Positions 14,701 to 25,392 of a DNA stretch of 64,000 bases are shown piece by piece; the stretch's first letter is position 1, and each line of letters starts with the position of its first letter. The stretch is from Leptogorgia sarmentosa. Its lineage: Eukaryota. The notes under the pieces were generated by a model that saw only the letters and a program-made list of their open reading frames with translations, had not been told where the DNA came from and ran no database searches. The translations under genes were made by a program, and so were the position numbers. Where the stretch lies: NCBI GenBank assembly GCA_964658305.1, contig OZ210884.1, forward strand, positions 6,076,001-6,140,000, given 5' to 3'.

Positions 14701-17327
14701 AGCAGGATATAACCCCAACTGACTGGTAAAACCTACATTAATGCCAAATATATCTCTTCAGTACCAGCACTGCAACTCTTAATCACACTAAACTCGCTTG
14801 GCTTATTTTGGGAGAATTTTAACATTGTTCTTCTCAAAACCACAAACGGGTAATAGGCAAAAGCAGTTAGCGCCAAGCTTATGTCGTAAACAATTAAGCT
14901 TCCGTTAAAAGGAGAATAATTAGCACCAAATTCCTTAACTAAATAAACTACAGAGGCATTGTACATATTAAGGCATTTTCTACAATGTCACTTCTGTTTG
15001 AAATTTTGTATCGAAAAGAATATAGTTCGTTGGTATTTGAAAATCTCGGAATACTGATTGTGAAGGATATGATAGAAACATAAATAAACAGTTCAGATTT
15101 CATTGTGTAAACTAAAGCAGCATCTCCATGCATGGTAAATAGAATTAGTTCTCAAACACACTGCCGCAATGGAGAGGTACTCCTTATACAGTATTTCCAA
15201 CTGTGAGAAACATATAGAGCGAGCTCCTTCATAGCGCATTCTATATTTAATCATTAGAAAATTCATGATAACCAACTTCATTTTGCTTCGCCGTGATTTT
15301 TGCGAGATGATATAGAAAATCATTGCGAAATGGCTTACTATTAACATCATATACAAAACAGCATGAGTTCTATGCTCAAGATGAAACATTCTTCACTTGA
15401 AAACTATGAGTGCTTGATTTCACTGGCAAATCAACATTAAGAATATTACGTTCGTTCGTACAAATTCTAATGGATTTTTAATGGCTCCGAAAATCCAATT
15501 AGAACTACTTTAATTTTAGCGAAATCTTGAAGAAAATGAGTAGACATATGCAACATTTATGGCAAAGGTTTAGGATACTATTAGGAATAGCTCAGGTTTC
15601 AAGCAAAAATGCGATACAATCGACAACCCCTTGAGATAAGCTACAGGATCAAATCCCAGCCAAAATATTGAAATCCGGTAAAAAAATAAAGACTTACCCA
15701 TGACTGGGATCAACAACAATAGCCCTTGGTTGATCTAAATTGTTCCAGAATAACACAGAACGTTGTGTTCCATCTAAATTCACAACTTCGATCAATTTTA
15801 AATGTGAATCAGTCCAATAAATCTTGTTTGTGACCCAATCAATCGCCATTCCTTCGGGTCGGACTAAACCAACAGAGACAACTGTTTCAACTTGACTGTC
15901 TTTCTGTAAAGATTTCCGTAAGATTCTTTCCGAGGAAACATCGGTCCAGAATAATAGTTTATCTTTATAATGAAATGCGACAGCTATCGCATCGACAAGG
16001 TTCTCCGCTAGTACTGTAGTTGTAAAATTGTTTTGACTACGATCCGCAGGCACATGCAGCAAACGAATATTTAGTCTCTCCGAGTATAAAAGTCCAAGCG
16101 GTTCGACTATAAAGAAGTAAAAAAGTAATATAGTTGATTAGCACTTTCTCGACTATTTTAAACTTATAACCCGACAACGAGCGAAGAAATATAATACGTA
16201 TTAAATCAATGCCTACAGCTGTACGGCCCAATATATTCACATGATATATATCTGTAAATATCTATTCACAAAACTCTCTCTAAACTAAATAAAGTATCTT
16301 TTGTATTATTCCTCTGCAGTAAAGCCTATTTTGAATTAAGATGAAAATTGAGTAAAGCTGAATGTTGCTTCTAATCAAGTCAAATGATATGTAAATAAAC
16401 ATTTACTTCACTACAATGCCTTTATAAATGAATGCCCATAATGAGAGGGAACTATAGATGTTTTTCCCACTCATTCGATCGCCTTACTCAAGAAATCGCA
16501 ATAAAACTCGATTAAATTCACACGCTACTGCAAACAGGTCGAAAAATCAGCGCTTCTACGGGGCTAGAAATCACGCAAAGACGTCCAGATGTGAAATACG
16601 CTTGATAACAAATATAATCGTCAGTTTGTTGTGTTTTGTGGCCTTAACTGGGCATTGGATCATAGCGTCTTAAATTATAATATATATCTTCATTGCTTTA
16701 AGAATATGTTGAGCCAGCAATTGCGCCATTGGTAGATAAATCGAACATGAGTTTGTAACAAATGTACAGCAGAAATTGCGACAACAAAGCATGAATATGA
16801 CACATAATGTCGCGATTTGCTTTGCTTCACGCGATAAACCAAACACATAAATCCACACGATCCCTTGTGATAACTACCGTGGAGGTAGCCGAAATGTTGC
16901 TTAAGAAGACAATGTAAGCAACTACGCCATTTGTTCTCGTCCAAATCACAACGTGCCAAGTTAGAAACATCAAAACTAAGCGTTTCCCGAGTCGAACGGC
17001 GCGTTAAACCATGCAAAGAAATTATTCACGACAAATTTTCCATTCAGATATCAAATATATGTCCATGGAACACCGTATAACCAAGTAGATCATCCTCATT
17101 TCTTTCATCCACGCACTTCCCACTATTTTACCAACATAATACGCTATGTAGTATGCGTAACGAGGTCGAAATATTTCCATTATAAGTAGCAATTTTTTGA
17201 TCAGTGAACATATGAACGACAACACAACAGCGCTAGCTTCACACGCTACAGCGAATTTTCGATAAACCTTACCCAAAATTCCATTTAGCCCAAATAGAAG
17301 TAAGACATTCAAAGCAAAGAGCTTCAT
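2706..17327 (-). CDS. LRP6: LRP5/6 (arrow) Wnt co-receptor, 17 coding exons
   Basis: GT-AG exons read manually: 17327-17273, 16106-15698, 12407-12007, 11362-11234, 10851-10651, 10322-10127, 9914-9523, 9008-8886, 8669-8276, 7838-7312, 7007-6593, 6333-6131, 5729-5526, 5095-4973, 4585-4361, 3847-3719, 3490-2706. Signal peptide, four YWTD propeller + EGF modules, three LDLa repeats (e.g. [13 protein letters not shown]), TM helix, cytoplasmic PPPSPVT/PPPSPSS/PPPTICT motifs. Co-orthologue of LRP5 and LRP6. Confidence 0.95.
3950..4131. mobile_element. Palindromic MITE in LRP5/6 intron
   Basis: Left end AGCCCGCCGCACACGAGAG...GCTGACAGTCACTCGTGC is an imperfect reverse complement of the right end GCACGAGTGAATGTCAGC...CTCGTGTGCGGCAGGCT. 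Confidence 0.65.
7071..7273. mobile_element. MITE with CTG target-site duplication (PIF/Harbinger-like)
   Basis: TIRs GGGCAGGTTGTTCGTAGCCCGTTTAGC / GCTAAACGGGCTACGAACAACCGACCC; CTG at 7068-7070 and 7274-7276. Confidence 0.75.
12700..13355 (+). mobile_element. Penelope-like retroelement 3' remnant (GIY-YIG endonuclease fragment + terminal region)
   Basis: ORF 12805-13071 has [22 protein letters not shown]...RLKEH...SAVAKHAW, typical of the Penelope GIY-YIG domain; frameshifted and truncated; followed by a hammerhead-like motif. Confidence 0.85.
13275..13327 (+). ncRNA. Penelope-type minimal hammerhead ribozyme, core variant (CUGGUGA)
   Basis: ATTATTGGCA-CTGGTGA-A-GATCCG-GGCTTA-CGGATC-GAAA-GCTT-TGCGATAAT; the conserved A6 of CUGANGA is G. 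Confidence 0.6.
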
Positions 17328-17468
17328 TCTATCTTGAACAATCCTTTATAGACATCTGAGCTGCGTAGAAATGATTTTAAATTACAAATCTTCGCTCCTA
17401 TTTCGTTTATTTCTCGCAACAGCACAAGTATTGAACACCCCAGGTGCATTGCCCAGTGTGTTCAGATA

Positions 17469-17503
17469 TGACGTCACGTGACCGTATAACGACGTCTGAT
17501 TGG
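17469..17503. promoter_or_regulatory. Candidate LRP5/6 proximal promoter: overlapping CRE and E-box, plus CCAAT box
   Basis: TGACGTCA 17469-17476 overlaps TCACGTGA 17474-17481; ATTGG (CCAAT on the gene strand) 17499-17503; 140-175 bp upstream of the ATG. Confidence 0.45.
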
Positions 17504-18253
17504 CTCTCGTAATGCTGTAGCTATTCAATATTTCTCGAGTGAACAATATTGGTGCATGAAGGGGAGGAGCAATATTAGATCGAGTGCTTCATAACTCCGC
17601 AACAAACACAAAGAAATTCAACTCCTACAGGAATTACAATTAGCAATTAGGAAAAAATACTTGAATATTAATTTTAAATTCAAACAAAGACTAGATTTTA
17701 CTAAAACGTGACTATTCTCCAAATTAATGTGGTGTTTTTCGAGGAAAATATATACAATTCGTACTGAAAAACTGGGATATTGTTGGTATAAAATGCGTTT
17801 ATCTCTCTAGATGAATCAGGGACCGTGTTCACAATAAATATAGAGGACGAGCAGTTTCTCTTTACAAGTAAAATGGCTACCACTGATTAGCTGATTATAA
17901 AATTAGTTATATTATATATATATTTCAGTGAAATTATCCATTTTAGTCATTTCCAAATTAGTCATATATGTTTAGTTTCCTGGAAGGCGCGAAATAACTT
18001 GTCGTAAAAATTGCTGTGATCATTCAATAAGATTAGTGTTGTCCGGGGGAGCTAGTCGCAAGTCTCCCTTTTGAGTTCAGTTCATATTTAGAGTAGCCCA
18101 ATTCACGTGCTCGAGTGAGTCGGCGAGTTTAACTGCTTAACATCGGGATAGAACTGACTGTTTACATACTTTGCTCTCGAAACTCATTGCTGACATGAAT
18201 CTCCTTTTTAAAAAGTCCTTTTATTCGGAGTATGTTTCTTTTTATACTTTCTA

Positions 18254-18412
18254 TATAAAAAGAAACATACTCCGAATAAAAGGTCCATCTTGAACTTTGA
18301 TGATGAATTTGTAATAAATTCGAAATCTCACTGCTATAATTGTCTCCTCTTGTTTTTTCTCAAATATTGAGTTCAAAATGGACCTTTTGTTCGGAGTATG
18401 TTTGTTTTTATA
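18254..18412. mobile_element. MITE with ~43-bp TIRs (second copy 28996-29153)
   Basis: TATAAAAAGAAACATACTCCGAATAAAAGGTCCATCTTGAACT versus AGTTCAAAATGGACCTTTTGTTCGGAGTATGTTTGTTTTTATA. Confidence 0.7.
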
Positions 18413-18739
18413 AGGGCCTGTTCTGTTTATATGAGAAGTTATCCCATTTGTCGAGAGAACATTTCGACAAGTTTACAAGAGAGGTCTCGCATACAGCCGT
18501 ATGGAAATTATATTGCGTTCATATGTACGAGACGAAGTGTTTTTTCGGGTACTGAGATCGATCACCAAAAACATGCAAGTATGAACCAAGGGTATATAGT
18601 CTTAGAATACTAGAAGGGAAAGGTGATCTTTGACAAATTATTGTTTTGTTACATAAATATATTCACGCATGGAGCTACATGGCGAGATATTGGAAAACGA
18701 TTCCAGATATATTAACAAGCATACGGCCAGGGTTAAACA

Positions 18740-18930
18740 TAGTGAAGAATCTAAAACGCTGTCTGACCAAATATTAAATTTTATTTCTGAGCTTTCGGTT
18801 AGCAGTCTGTAGCCTTCAACGAATAGATGTCAAAATTTGTCATATATCCGTTGAAGGTTACAGACTGGTAACCGAAAGCTCATAAATAAAATTTAATATT
18901 TGTTCAGAGAGCGTTTTAGATTCTTCACTA
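18740..18930. mobile_element. ~190-bp fold-back element (second copy 29478-29677)
   Basis: TAGTGAAGAATCTAAAACGCT...CCTTCAACG is mirrored by CGTTGAAGG...AGCGTTTTAGATTCTTCACTA along nearly its whole length. Confidence 0.75.
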
Positions 18931-20279
18931 AGCATATATAGGCATCATGGCCATATACTATGACAAAATTTCCCATCAGCCACTTTGCGCCTCCTACAAT
19001 ACACTGAGTGAGCTATAATTGAGACTACACAAAACGCAGGTATAAATTAAAACCGTGCTTCTAAGAAATCACTGAAGATATGTTTAGTTGATCAAGTATG
19101 TATCTTTCTATTAAATTACAGTAAGCCATGTTCCTAACCACCTAAGTAATTCGTAAATATATATATATATATCTAACGGCAAACAGCAATACTTGCGATT
19201 GATGTGAAGACTAGTTCAAGTGGAACATTGCGATCAAAACTAATATTTTGGATTGCTGATATGTTCAAAAATTAATATTAATTGGCTGCGCAACGATTTG
19301 TATTTCGAATTGTCGCTAGAAATTGCTTGTTTGGCAGACTTTGCGTCAAACGTCTTTGTACAAAATGCCTGTGAATGTAAAGACAGCTGTTATAAAATAC
19401 AGGCAACCGCATTTACGCCTAGTTTGTGATCTCTTCTGTAACGTTTTGTCAGCTTACAGCTATATCTAATTTCTGACTTTTTGCCTTGATCCTAATAAAT
19501 TGAGGCCTCGTGCTGGTCTCAGAACAAGAGTACAAGTATTTTTTAACTGGCAATACAACACAATCCATAAGATATGGTATTAAGCCAGAGTAGGTATAGT
19601 ACCGTATTAGATAACATCAACTGCAACAAAAAGATCGGACGTTTTAAGCGAAGATTAACGACAAACAGTGTTTGGCTAGGTAGTGAGAAGAACAATTGTC
19701 TCTTGCAGTCGTGCTCACCTATATAAATTTGATATTTATAAACAATTGAGCATTTAAATTGGCATTACCACAATAACCAAATAATTAACTTAAAGTAACC
19801 TGCGGGCTGCAGCACCTTTTTTGGGGGAAGTGTGGGCTGTGCAGGAATTTTATTTCTATTGCCCAGCCTAAGATGTCTTGTAGGAATTGACTTATAAAGT
19901 AATGTGCTGTAATGGATCTGATGCAATTGCATTGCCAGTGGCCGAAGTGCATAAAAACCAGTAACAATTCATACCTAACTGTCAAATATCATGCTGTGAC
20001 CTACAGTATAATGTAGTATTTCATACCTGGTACGGTCAAAGGATTGGGACCACTGACCTCACAACAAACAAGTTCTTGGTGCCAAAAGTGTAGTGCTAGC
20101 CCAGCACCATAATTTGCTGTGTTGGTATAATTTGTTTGTGACACATGGCGTTTTAGTGCATTTGATAAACTTCAATTCTACTGTATAGTGTATTCTCATG
20201 AGTCCCAGTGCTTTTTGGTACTTGTCAGATAACTTATAATTATTTCTGATGTGCCTTTTCATACATTTTAAAGGGAAAC

Positions 20280-23200
20280 ATGGCATCAGTCCTTGACAGC
20301 TCAGATGAAAAAACCAATGGCTTTAAATTGATGAGACTGATAGTAGATGGTGGAACAGAAGCATTGAGAAACGAATTTAGAAAACACCATCCAGGAGATT
20401 TACAGGTTGTATTAGCACATAATCAATCCAGTCTTCTTAAACTTCATCCAAAAATAATCAATGATGATCAGTGGGATGAATTATATCCATGTACTGGTAA
20501 TCTACCAAATATTAATAATTTTGACATCACTTTACTCTCTATTCTTCTGAGAAACATATGTAGTTTATCATGTCCTCCTTCTGGTTGGAATGATATGCCA
20601 AACGTCATAGATCTTTCTCCTGAAGCAGATATTGTTCGCATTAAGCTATTTCGTAATAAGCTCTTTGCACATATTTCAAATACATCCGTTACTACAGCAG
20701 ACTTTGCGAAATTCTGGGCAGAAATAAGTTCAGCATTGGTTCGTTTAGGAGTAGATCAGAAAGAAATAGATAGACTACAAAATGAGCAGGGTGGTGAGGA
20801 TGAAGTGAAGCGAGTGCTGAAGGAATGGGAGGCAATTACGATTACTTTGAAAGAAAATCTAAATATTTCGAAAGAAAATCAGGATAGTTTGAAAGAAATA
20901 AAGAATGATGTGAAAACGCTTGTTAAAGAATGCGTCGAATCTCGTTCTGACGGCGTTCTGAACCAAAACCTTCTTCGGTGCAATTTTCAGAAAGAGATCG
21001 AATTATATTCTGAGAAATTTACCCAAGGCACTCGGGAATGGGTGTTTGAGAAATTTTTGAGCTGGTTTAATGACGACAGTTCCGAAAATCGTGCGTTCAT
21101 CATCTCCGGCCTTGCTGGAATGGGTAAATCCGTAATTGCAGCTGTTATTTGTAAAAGGTTTGCTAAGTGTGTAGGTGCGTCTCATTTCTTTCAGTACAAC
21201 AACGATCAGTATAATGACCCGAAAATCCTCCTCCAATCTTTAGCTTGGCAGCTATGTCAAATTCTTCCCGCTTACAAGGAATCTTTAATCAAAACCCTTT
21301 CTGGGAAACTTGGAGAGTCCTTGAATTCTATGAATATCGCAGCATTATTTTCCATTCTTTTCAAAGAGCCATTTTCAGGTATTACTAATCCTGGAAAGCG
21401 TATATTGATTGTACTGGACGCCTTGGATGAAACACGTGTGCATCGTGAAAGACGTGAGCTTGCTGATTTGATCTCCAATCACTTGCACAAACTTCCTTGT
21501 TTTATTCGTTTTCTTATTACCACAAGGCCGGAGAAAGACCTTATTGATAAATTTGAACGACTGAACCCCTTGGTTATTGAAAGAAACGATGAAAAAAACT
21601 TGGCTGACCTCAAACTGGTGATTAAAGAGAAAATTTCTGAAGCGAATTCTCCATCGGAAACTCTGTTAGATAGTTTAGCTGAAAGGTGTGATGGTTCAAT
21701 GCTGTTTGCGTTTTTTCTTTCGGAAGTACACAATTATGATGAAGCTTCGGCATTTTGCATAGACAGTTTGCCAAAAGGTATTGAGGAGCATTATGAAAGG
21801 TATTTTTGCAGATTAGAAAAGGAATTGAATCTTTTGGGAATTACAGAAGATGAATTTCATTCTTTGTTGGGTGTTCTTGCTGTAGTTAGGGAGCCCTTGC
21901 CTGAAGCTTTTCTTGAAACCTTGTGTGGTTCTGAGAATTCGAAAAGGCAAATGCAAAAGGTTAGAAAAGCGATATCATCGCTTCTTGTCGTTAACGAAGA
22001 CAAGTCTATTTCGTTCTTCCATAAATCTTTGAGAGACTGGCTTGTTGATAAAACCGAACACGATTACTCTGTCGATGTGCAAGATGCTAACAGAAATATT
22101 TTCAAATTATGTATTAAGAAATTGGATGAATTGAAGAAAAGAGGTGTTGTGGGTGTAGCCAAAATGACTCCAGCAATCAAATATTCACTGAAATATTTTT
22201 TATCCCACATGCTCGAACTTGATGAGCCAGGTGAGCTCGATCTTTTGGTGAGCAATTACGTTGCAGATTTGGAGGTCATGTTCGCTGGTGTTTGTGTAAA
22301 TGTAGATGTCACCCTAAATAATATCTTTGACCTCATGAATCATTGCAAATACAATGATGTTTCTGAAAATGCGAGAACGACGTTGGAACGATTGTTTTCC
22401 GTGAATAAAAGGTATTGCCATTTATTAAGAAATTATCCCCAAACGTTCTTACAAAATGTTGTGAACGAATGTGGGGAAGAGCTTTCGTTACAAGCGTCAT
22501 CTTTACTTCAAACCCGCTACAGGGACATTGTTTATTTGGAATTTCGCGAGAAAGATCGGAAGAACGACGCGCTTGAATTTCGTTGCCTTTTGTCTGGCAG
22601 AATATTAGGAATCGATATATCACCAAAAAATGATTTTATTGTCTGTTGTTATAGAGACGGTGGAATCGAACTCTTTTCTTTAGCAACCGGTAGGTCAGAG
22701 TGGAAAATAGACGATTTTAAGGTGGAACTTCCGGAATTACAGTTACCTCCTGATTGTATAGGTGGTCCTTGTATGTTGCGGCATTGTATAGTTTTTCACC
22801 CTAGCGAAAACTTAATCCTTCCTGGTACACTCGACAATGCGATAACCATGCAAGGAGCATTTATCTCAGGGCCATTTGAATGTGATGAGACATGTTCTAA
22901 GTTCACAAATTGTTGTTTCTCCTTTGATAACAGCAAAATGGTCACCAACTTTGGTTATAGCTTGATTATTTGGGATGTTTCAAGCGGCAAGAAGGATAAA
23001 TGTCTTGAATGTAAACTGCTTTTGTCGTTTTCTTTCACCGCCAGTGGCAGTTTTTTGGGCACAGTTGATACTGAAAATGTTTTTAGCGTTTATGACGTTA
23101 CAAATCATTATGAAGTTAAGACAATGCTAATCAAGTCTGGATTCCCTGTGGAAATTATTGCCACGTCTAAAGAAAACTCCTGGTGCTGTTTTGTTCAAAG

Positions 23201-24383
23201 GCGAATTATAGTTTTGAATCATAATCTCACCAGAACTCCTCCACTTTTGGCACCTTACCTTGCTAGTGGGAAAAACATAATTCTACCAAGTTGTCCTTAT
23301 TTCCAAGAGTTTGAATCTTTGTTGCAGCGAAAGCAGTCATGGTTTTCAAAAGTGAAGAATATTCTCAATGAAACATTCTTCTGGTCTTCCTATACCGCAC
23401 TTAGGTATATATTAATAGGGAATGAAAGTGTGCTTGTCTACTGTTGCAGTTCAAACGCCATGCACGTGTTTAATATGAAGAGTTTAATAGATTCACTGGA
23501 AAAGCCGGTGAACTTCAAAGGTGTCTTTTCCTGCATTTCAAGAAATGGCAATTTTGTATATCTTAATAACACTTGGAATCGGAGATTCACAATTTACAAT
23601 CTTGAGTCTAAAAAAAAGCATTCAAAAGATTGGCAGCATTCACGTTCATCACATCTTGTAGTTGTGAAAGACGGTGTTATTTTGTATGACAAAAAAGCCT
23701 CTCCAGAGCTCTGGAATAGTGATTTATCACAACACCTTGCAAGCTTTGATCAACTTGCTGGCGCCAAACAATGCTTGTCAGTATCTGATGAATTGATAGC
23801 TTGTGTGTACCGGTTCCATGTCATCTTTTTCAACGTTTTCACTAAAGAAATAGAAAGCACAACGGACTTTAAGGAAGAGGTTAGGTTAGTGATGGCATGC
23901 GGCATCAGATATCACGTTCTTGCGCAGATCGAATCCAGTAACATTTCCTTATGGAAAGAGGGGACAAGGGTAGATGGCTGGGAAGATAGTTTTGACAGAA
24001 AGACGTTGATGAAATCGAGACACATTACATGTGCCGTATTTTCTCCCACAGGAAATAGGCTAGCATTTTTCAGTCTGCAAATAAACAAAATATTTATATT
24101 TGACATCATTTTAATGAAATTTCTTTCTCAGATCCCTATTTATGGACCAAGTAATGATCTTCTCCGGTTAATTTTTCTTGACAACAAAAATTTAGTTTGT
24201 AGCTCAACTAATCGCACTATATACTTTCTTAATGTAGAGAACAGCGAAATACTAACGTGTGTAGATTTTGGAGATATTCCAGCACCCATCGCTGTGAGTC
24301 ATGAAAAGGGCATTGTGTTTGTTGGTGTTAATCGTTCGAAACATTTTGCATTAATCAAAGTTCATTTGTCTCGCAAGCTTTAG
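20280..24383 (+). CDS. HEPN(DZIP3-like)-coiled coil-NACHT/STAND NTPase-beta-propeller protein, copy A (1367 aa, single coding exon)
   Basis: N-terminal DGGTEALR...QWDELYP...FDITLL.ILLRNIC...GW...ADIVRIKLFRNKLFAH (HEPN RN-x4-H at 20652-20672); F..GTREW, Walker A GLAGMGKS (21108-21131), Walker B ILIVLDALDE, FLITTRP, FFHKSLRDWL; C-terminal WD40-like strands (GIDISP, CCFSFD, LIIWD, AVFSPTG). Confidence 0.88.
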   Translation: MASVLDSSDEKTNGFKLMRLIVDGGTEALRNEFRKHHPGDLQVVLAHNQSSLLKLHPKIINDDQWDELYPCTGNLPNINNFDITLLSILLRNICSLSCPPSGWNDMPNVIDLSPEADIVRIKLFRNKLFAHISNTSVTTADFAKFWAEISSALVRLGVDQKEIDRLQNEQGGEDEVKRVLKEWEAITITLKENLNISKENQDSLKEIKNDVKTLVKECVESRSDGVLNQNLLRCNFQKEIELYSEKFTQGTREWVFEKFLSWFNDDSSENRAFIISGLAGMGKSVIAAVICKRFAKCVGASHFFQYNNDQYNDPKILLQSLAWQLCQILPAYKESLIKTLSGKLGESLNSMNIAALFSILFKEPFSGITNPGKRILIVLDALDETRVHRERRELADLISNHLHKLPCFIRFLITTRPEKDLIDKFERLNPLVIERNDEKNLADLKLVIKEKISEANSPSETLLDSLAERCDGSMLFAFFLSEVHNYDEASAFCIDSLPKGIEEHYERYFCRLEKELNLLGITEDEFHSLLGVLAVVREPLPEAFLETLCGSENSKRQMQKVRKAISSLLVVNEDKSISFFHKSLRDWLVDKTEHDYSVDVQDANRNIFKLCIKKLDELKKRGVVGVAKMTPAIKYSLKYFLSHMLELDEPGELDLLVSNYVADLEVMFAGVCVNVDVTLNNIFDLMNHCKYNDVSENARTTLERLFSVNKRYCHLLRNYPQTFLQNVVNECGEELSLQASSLLQTRYRDIVYLEFREKDRKNDALEFRCLLSGRILGIDISPKNDFIVCCYRDGGIELFSLATGRSEWKIDDFKVELPELQLPPDCIGGPCMLRHCIVFHPSENLILPGTLDNAITMQGAFISGPFECDETCSKFTNCCFSFDNSKMVTNFGYSLIIWDVSSGKKDKCLECKLLLSFSFTASGSFLGTVDTENVFSVYDVTNHYEVKTMLIKSGFPVEIIATSKENSWCCFVQRRIIVLNHNLTRTPPLLAPYLASGKNIILPSCPYFQEFESLLQRKQSWFSKVKNILNETFFWSSYTALRYILIGNESVLVYCCSSNAMHVFNMKSLIDSLEKPVNFKGVFSCISRNGNFVYLNNTWNRRFTIYNLESKKKHSKDWQHSRSSHLVVVKDGVILYDKKASPELWNSDLSQHLASFDQLAGAKQCLSVSDELIACVYRFHVIFFNVFTKEIESTTDFKEEVRLVMACGIRYHVLAQIESSNISLWKEGTRVDGWEDSFDRKTLMKSRHITCAVFSPTGNRLAFFSLQINKIFIFDIILMKFLSQIPIYGPSNDLLRLIFLDNKNLVCSSTNRTIYFLNVENSEILTCVDFGDIPAPIAVSHEKGIVFVGVNRSKHFALIKVHLSRKL

Positions 24384-25339
24384 CTGTGTCACTAAATACG
24401 CTGGTTCTGTTAATTTTGAACAAAGGTTTTGGAGTCAAGAATAAATGCTGACGAGTAGTCTTAAAGGCAGTGTTGATTACCATGAATTTCGTTTTCCAAT
24501 TGGTAAGTATTGACATTCCAGACGAATTGCCTTCGCTCAAAACGTTGAATCTTATTCCATGGTGTGGGTAGTGAATATATGTACGACGTGATATGAGCCT
24601 CCCTTCTCTCACTAATTGCTTTACATTATTACTAATGAAAGCGAGGCCAGAAAGTTCTCGTGACGTAGTTATCGAACGTGTGAGGTGTACTGAAAATCAT
24701 ACAGCTATTTTAAAACAGGTTGTCCTTCAAAAACCCCAAACCTTACATTCTATGCGCGCAAAGGATAATGGGACATTCTATTCAAACTCTAAAACTCGGA
24801 ACTTTGCAATGTATAGACCTGCTTGTTTGGTAAGGTATTTGCCCAATCCGAGGCTCTACATAACCAACGCCCATCATCGCTTGCGCGCTCAGAGTTTGAT
24901 GTTGATAATTTTTGAAGGACAACCTATTCAATAGCTATATAATATGTGTTTCATAAAATACAATTGCAAATCGTTTCATGGATATATTTTCAAATAAAAG
25001 TACAATACAAAAATTCCAAACGTTTTTAAGAACTTAAAATTTGCAGAAACCACAAGTAGACATCAGTAAAACATTTTGTGGCAAACACTAAAAGTGAAAG
25101 TTGTAAATCAAATCGCCATGCGATGAATAGTTTACCAATTATAATTAATTACTTCTCGAAAAAGTCTAATTAATTGTAATTGGGGATCAATTACATTTTA
25201 AAAACAAGCAATTTATTATAATAATTGCCAGAACTAATGTAATAAGTATTGCAAAACTAATATATATTTGAGTAACGTAATATCTGAGTTGAACTTATTT
25301 AGAGAGTTTGCCAGTTTGTAGTTTACACCACGTAATTTT

Positions 25340-25392
25340 ATTATCGCAGAGCTTTCGATCCGTAAGCCCGGATCTTCATCAGTGCCAATGAT
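25340..25392 (-). ncRNA. Penelope-type minimal hammerhead ribozyme with intact core, in a ~100-bp Penelope terminal fragment (~25311-25419)
   Basis: Minus strand ATCATTGGCA-CTGATGA-A-GATCCG-GGCTTA-CGGATC-GAAA-GCTC-TGCGATAAT; flanks match 13250-13355. Confidence 0.72.

Noticed and set aside
14733..15389. Short minus-strand ORFs in LRP5/6 intron 2
   Set aside because: No recognisable motifs or splice-consistent continuity.
20280..24383. Bacterial origin or contamination of the intronless NACHT genes
   Set aside because: Contiguous with spliced animal genes and eukaryotic MITEs, similar base composition, an upstream splice-acceptor-like site and no operon context.
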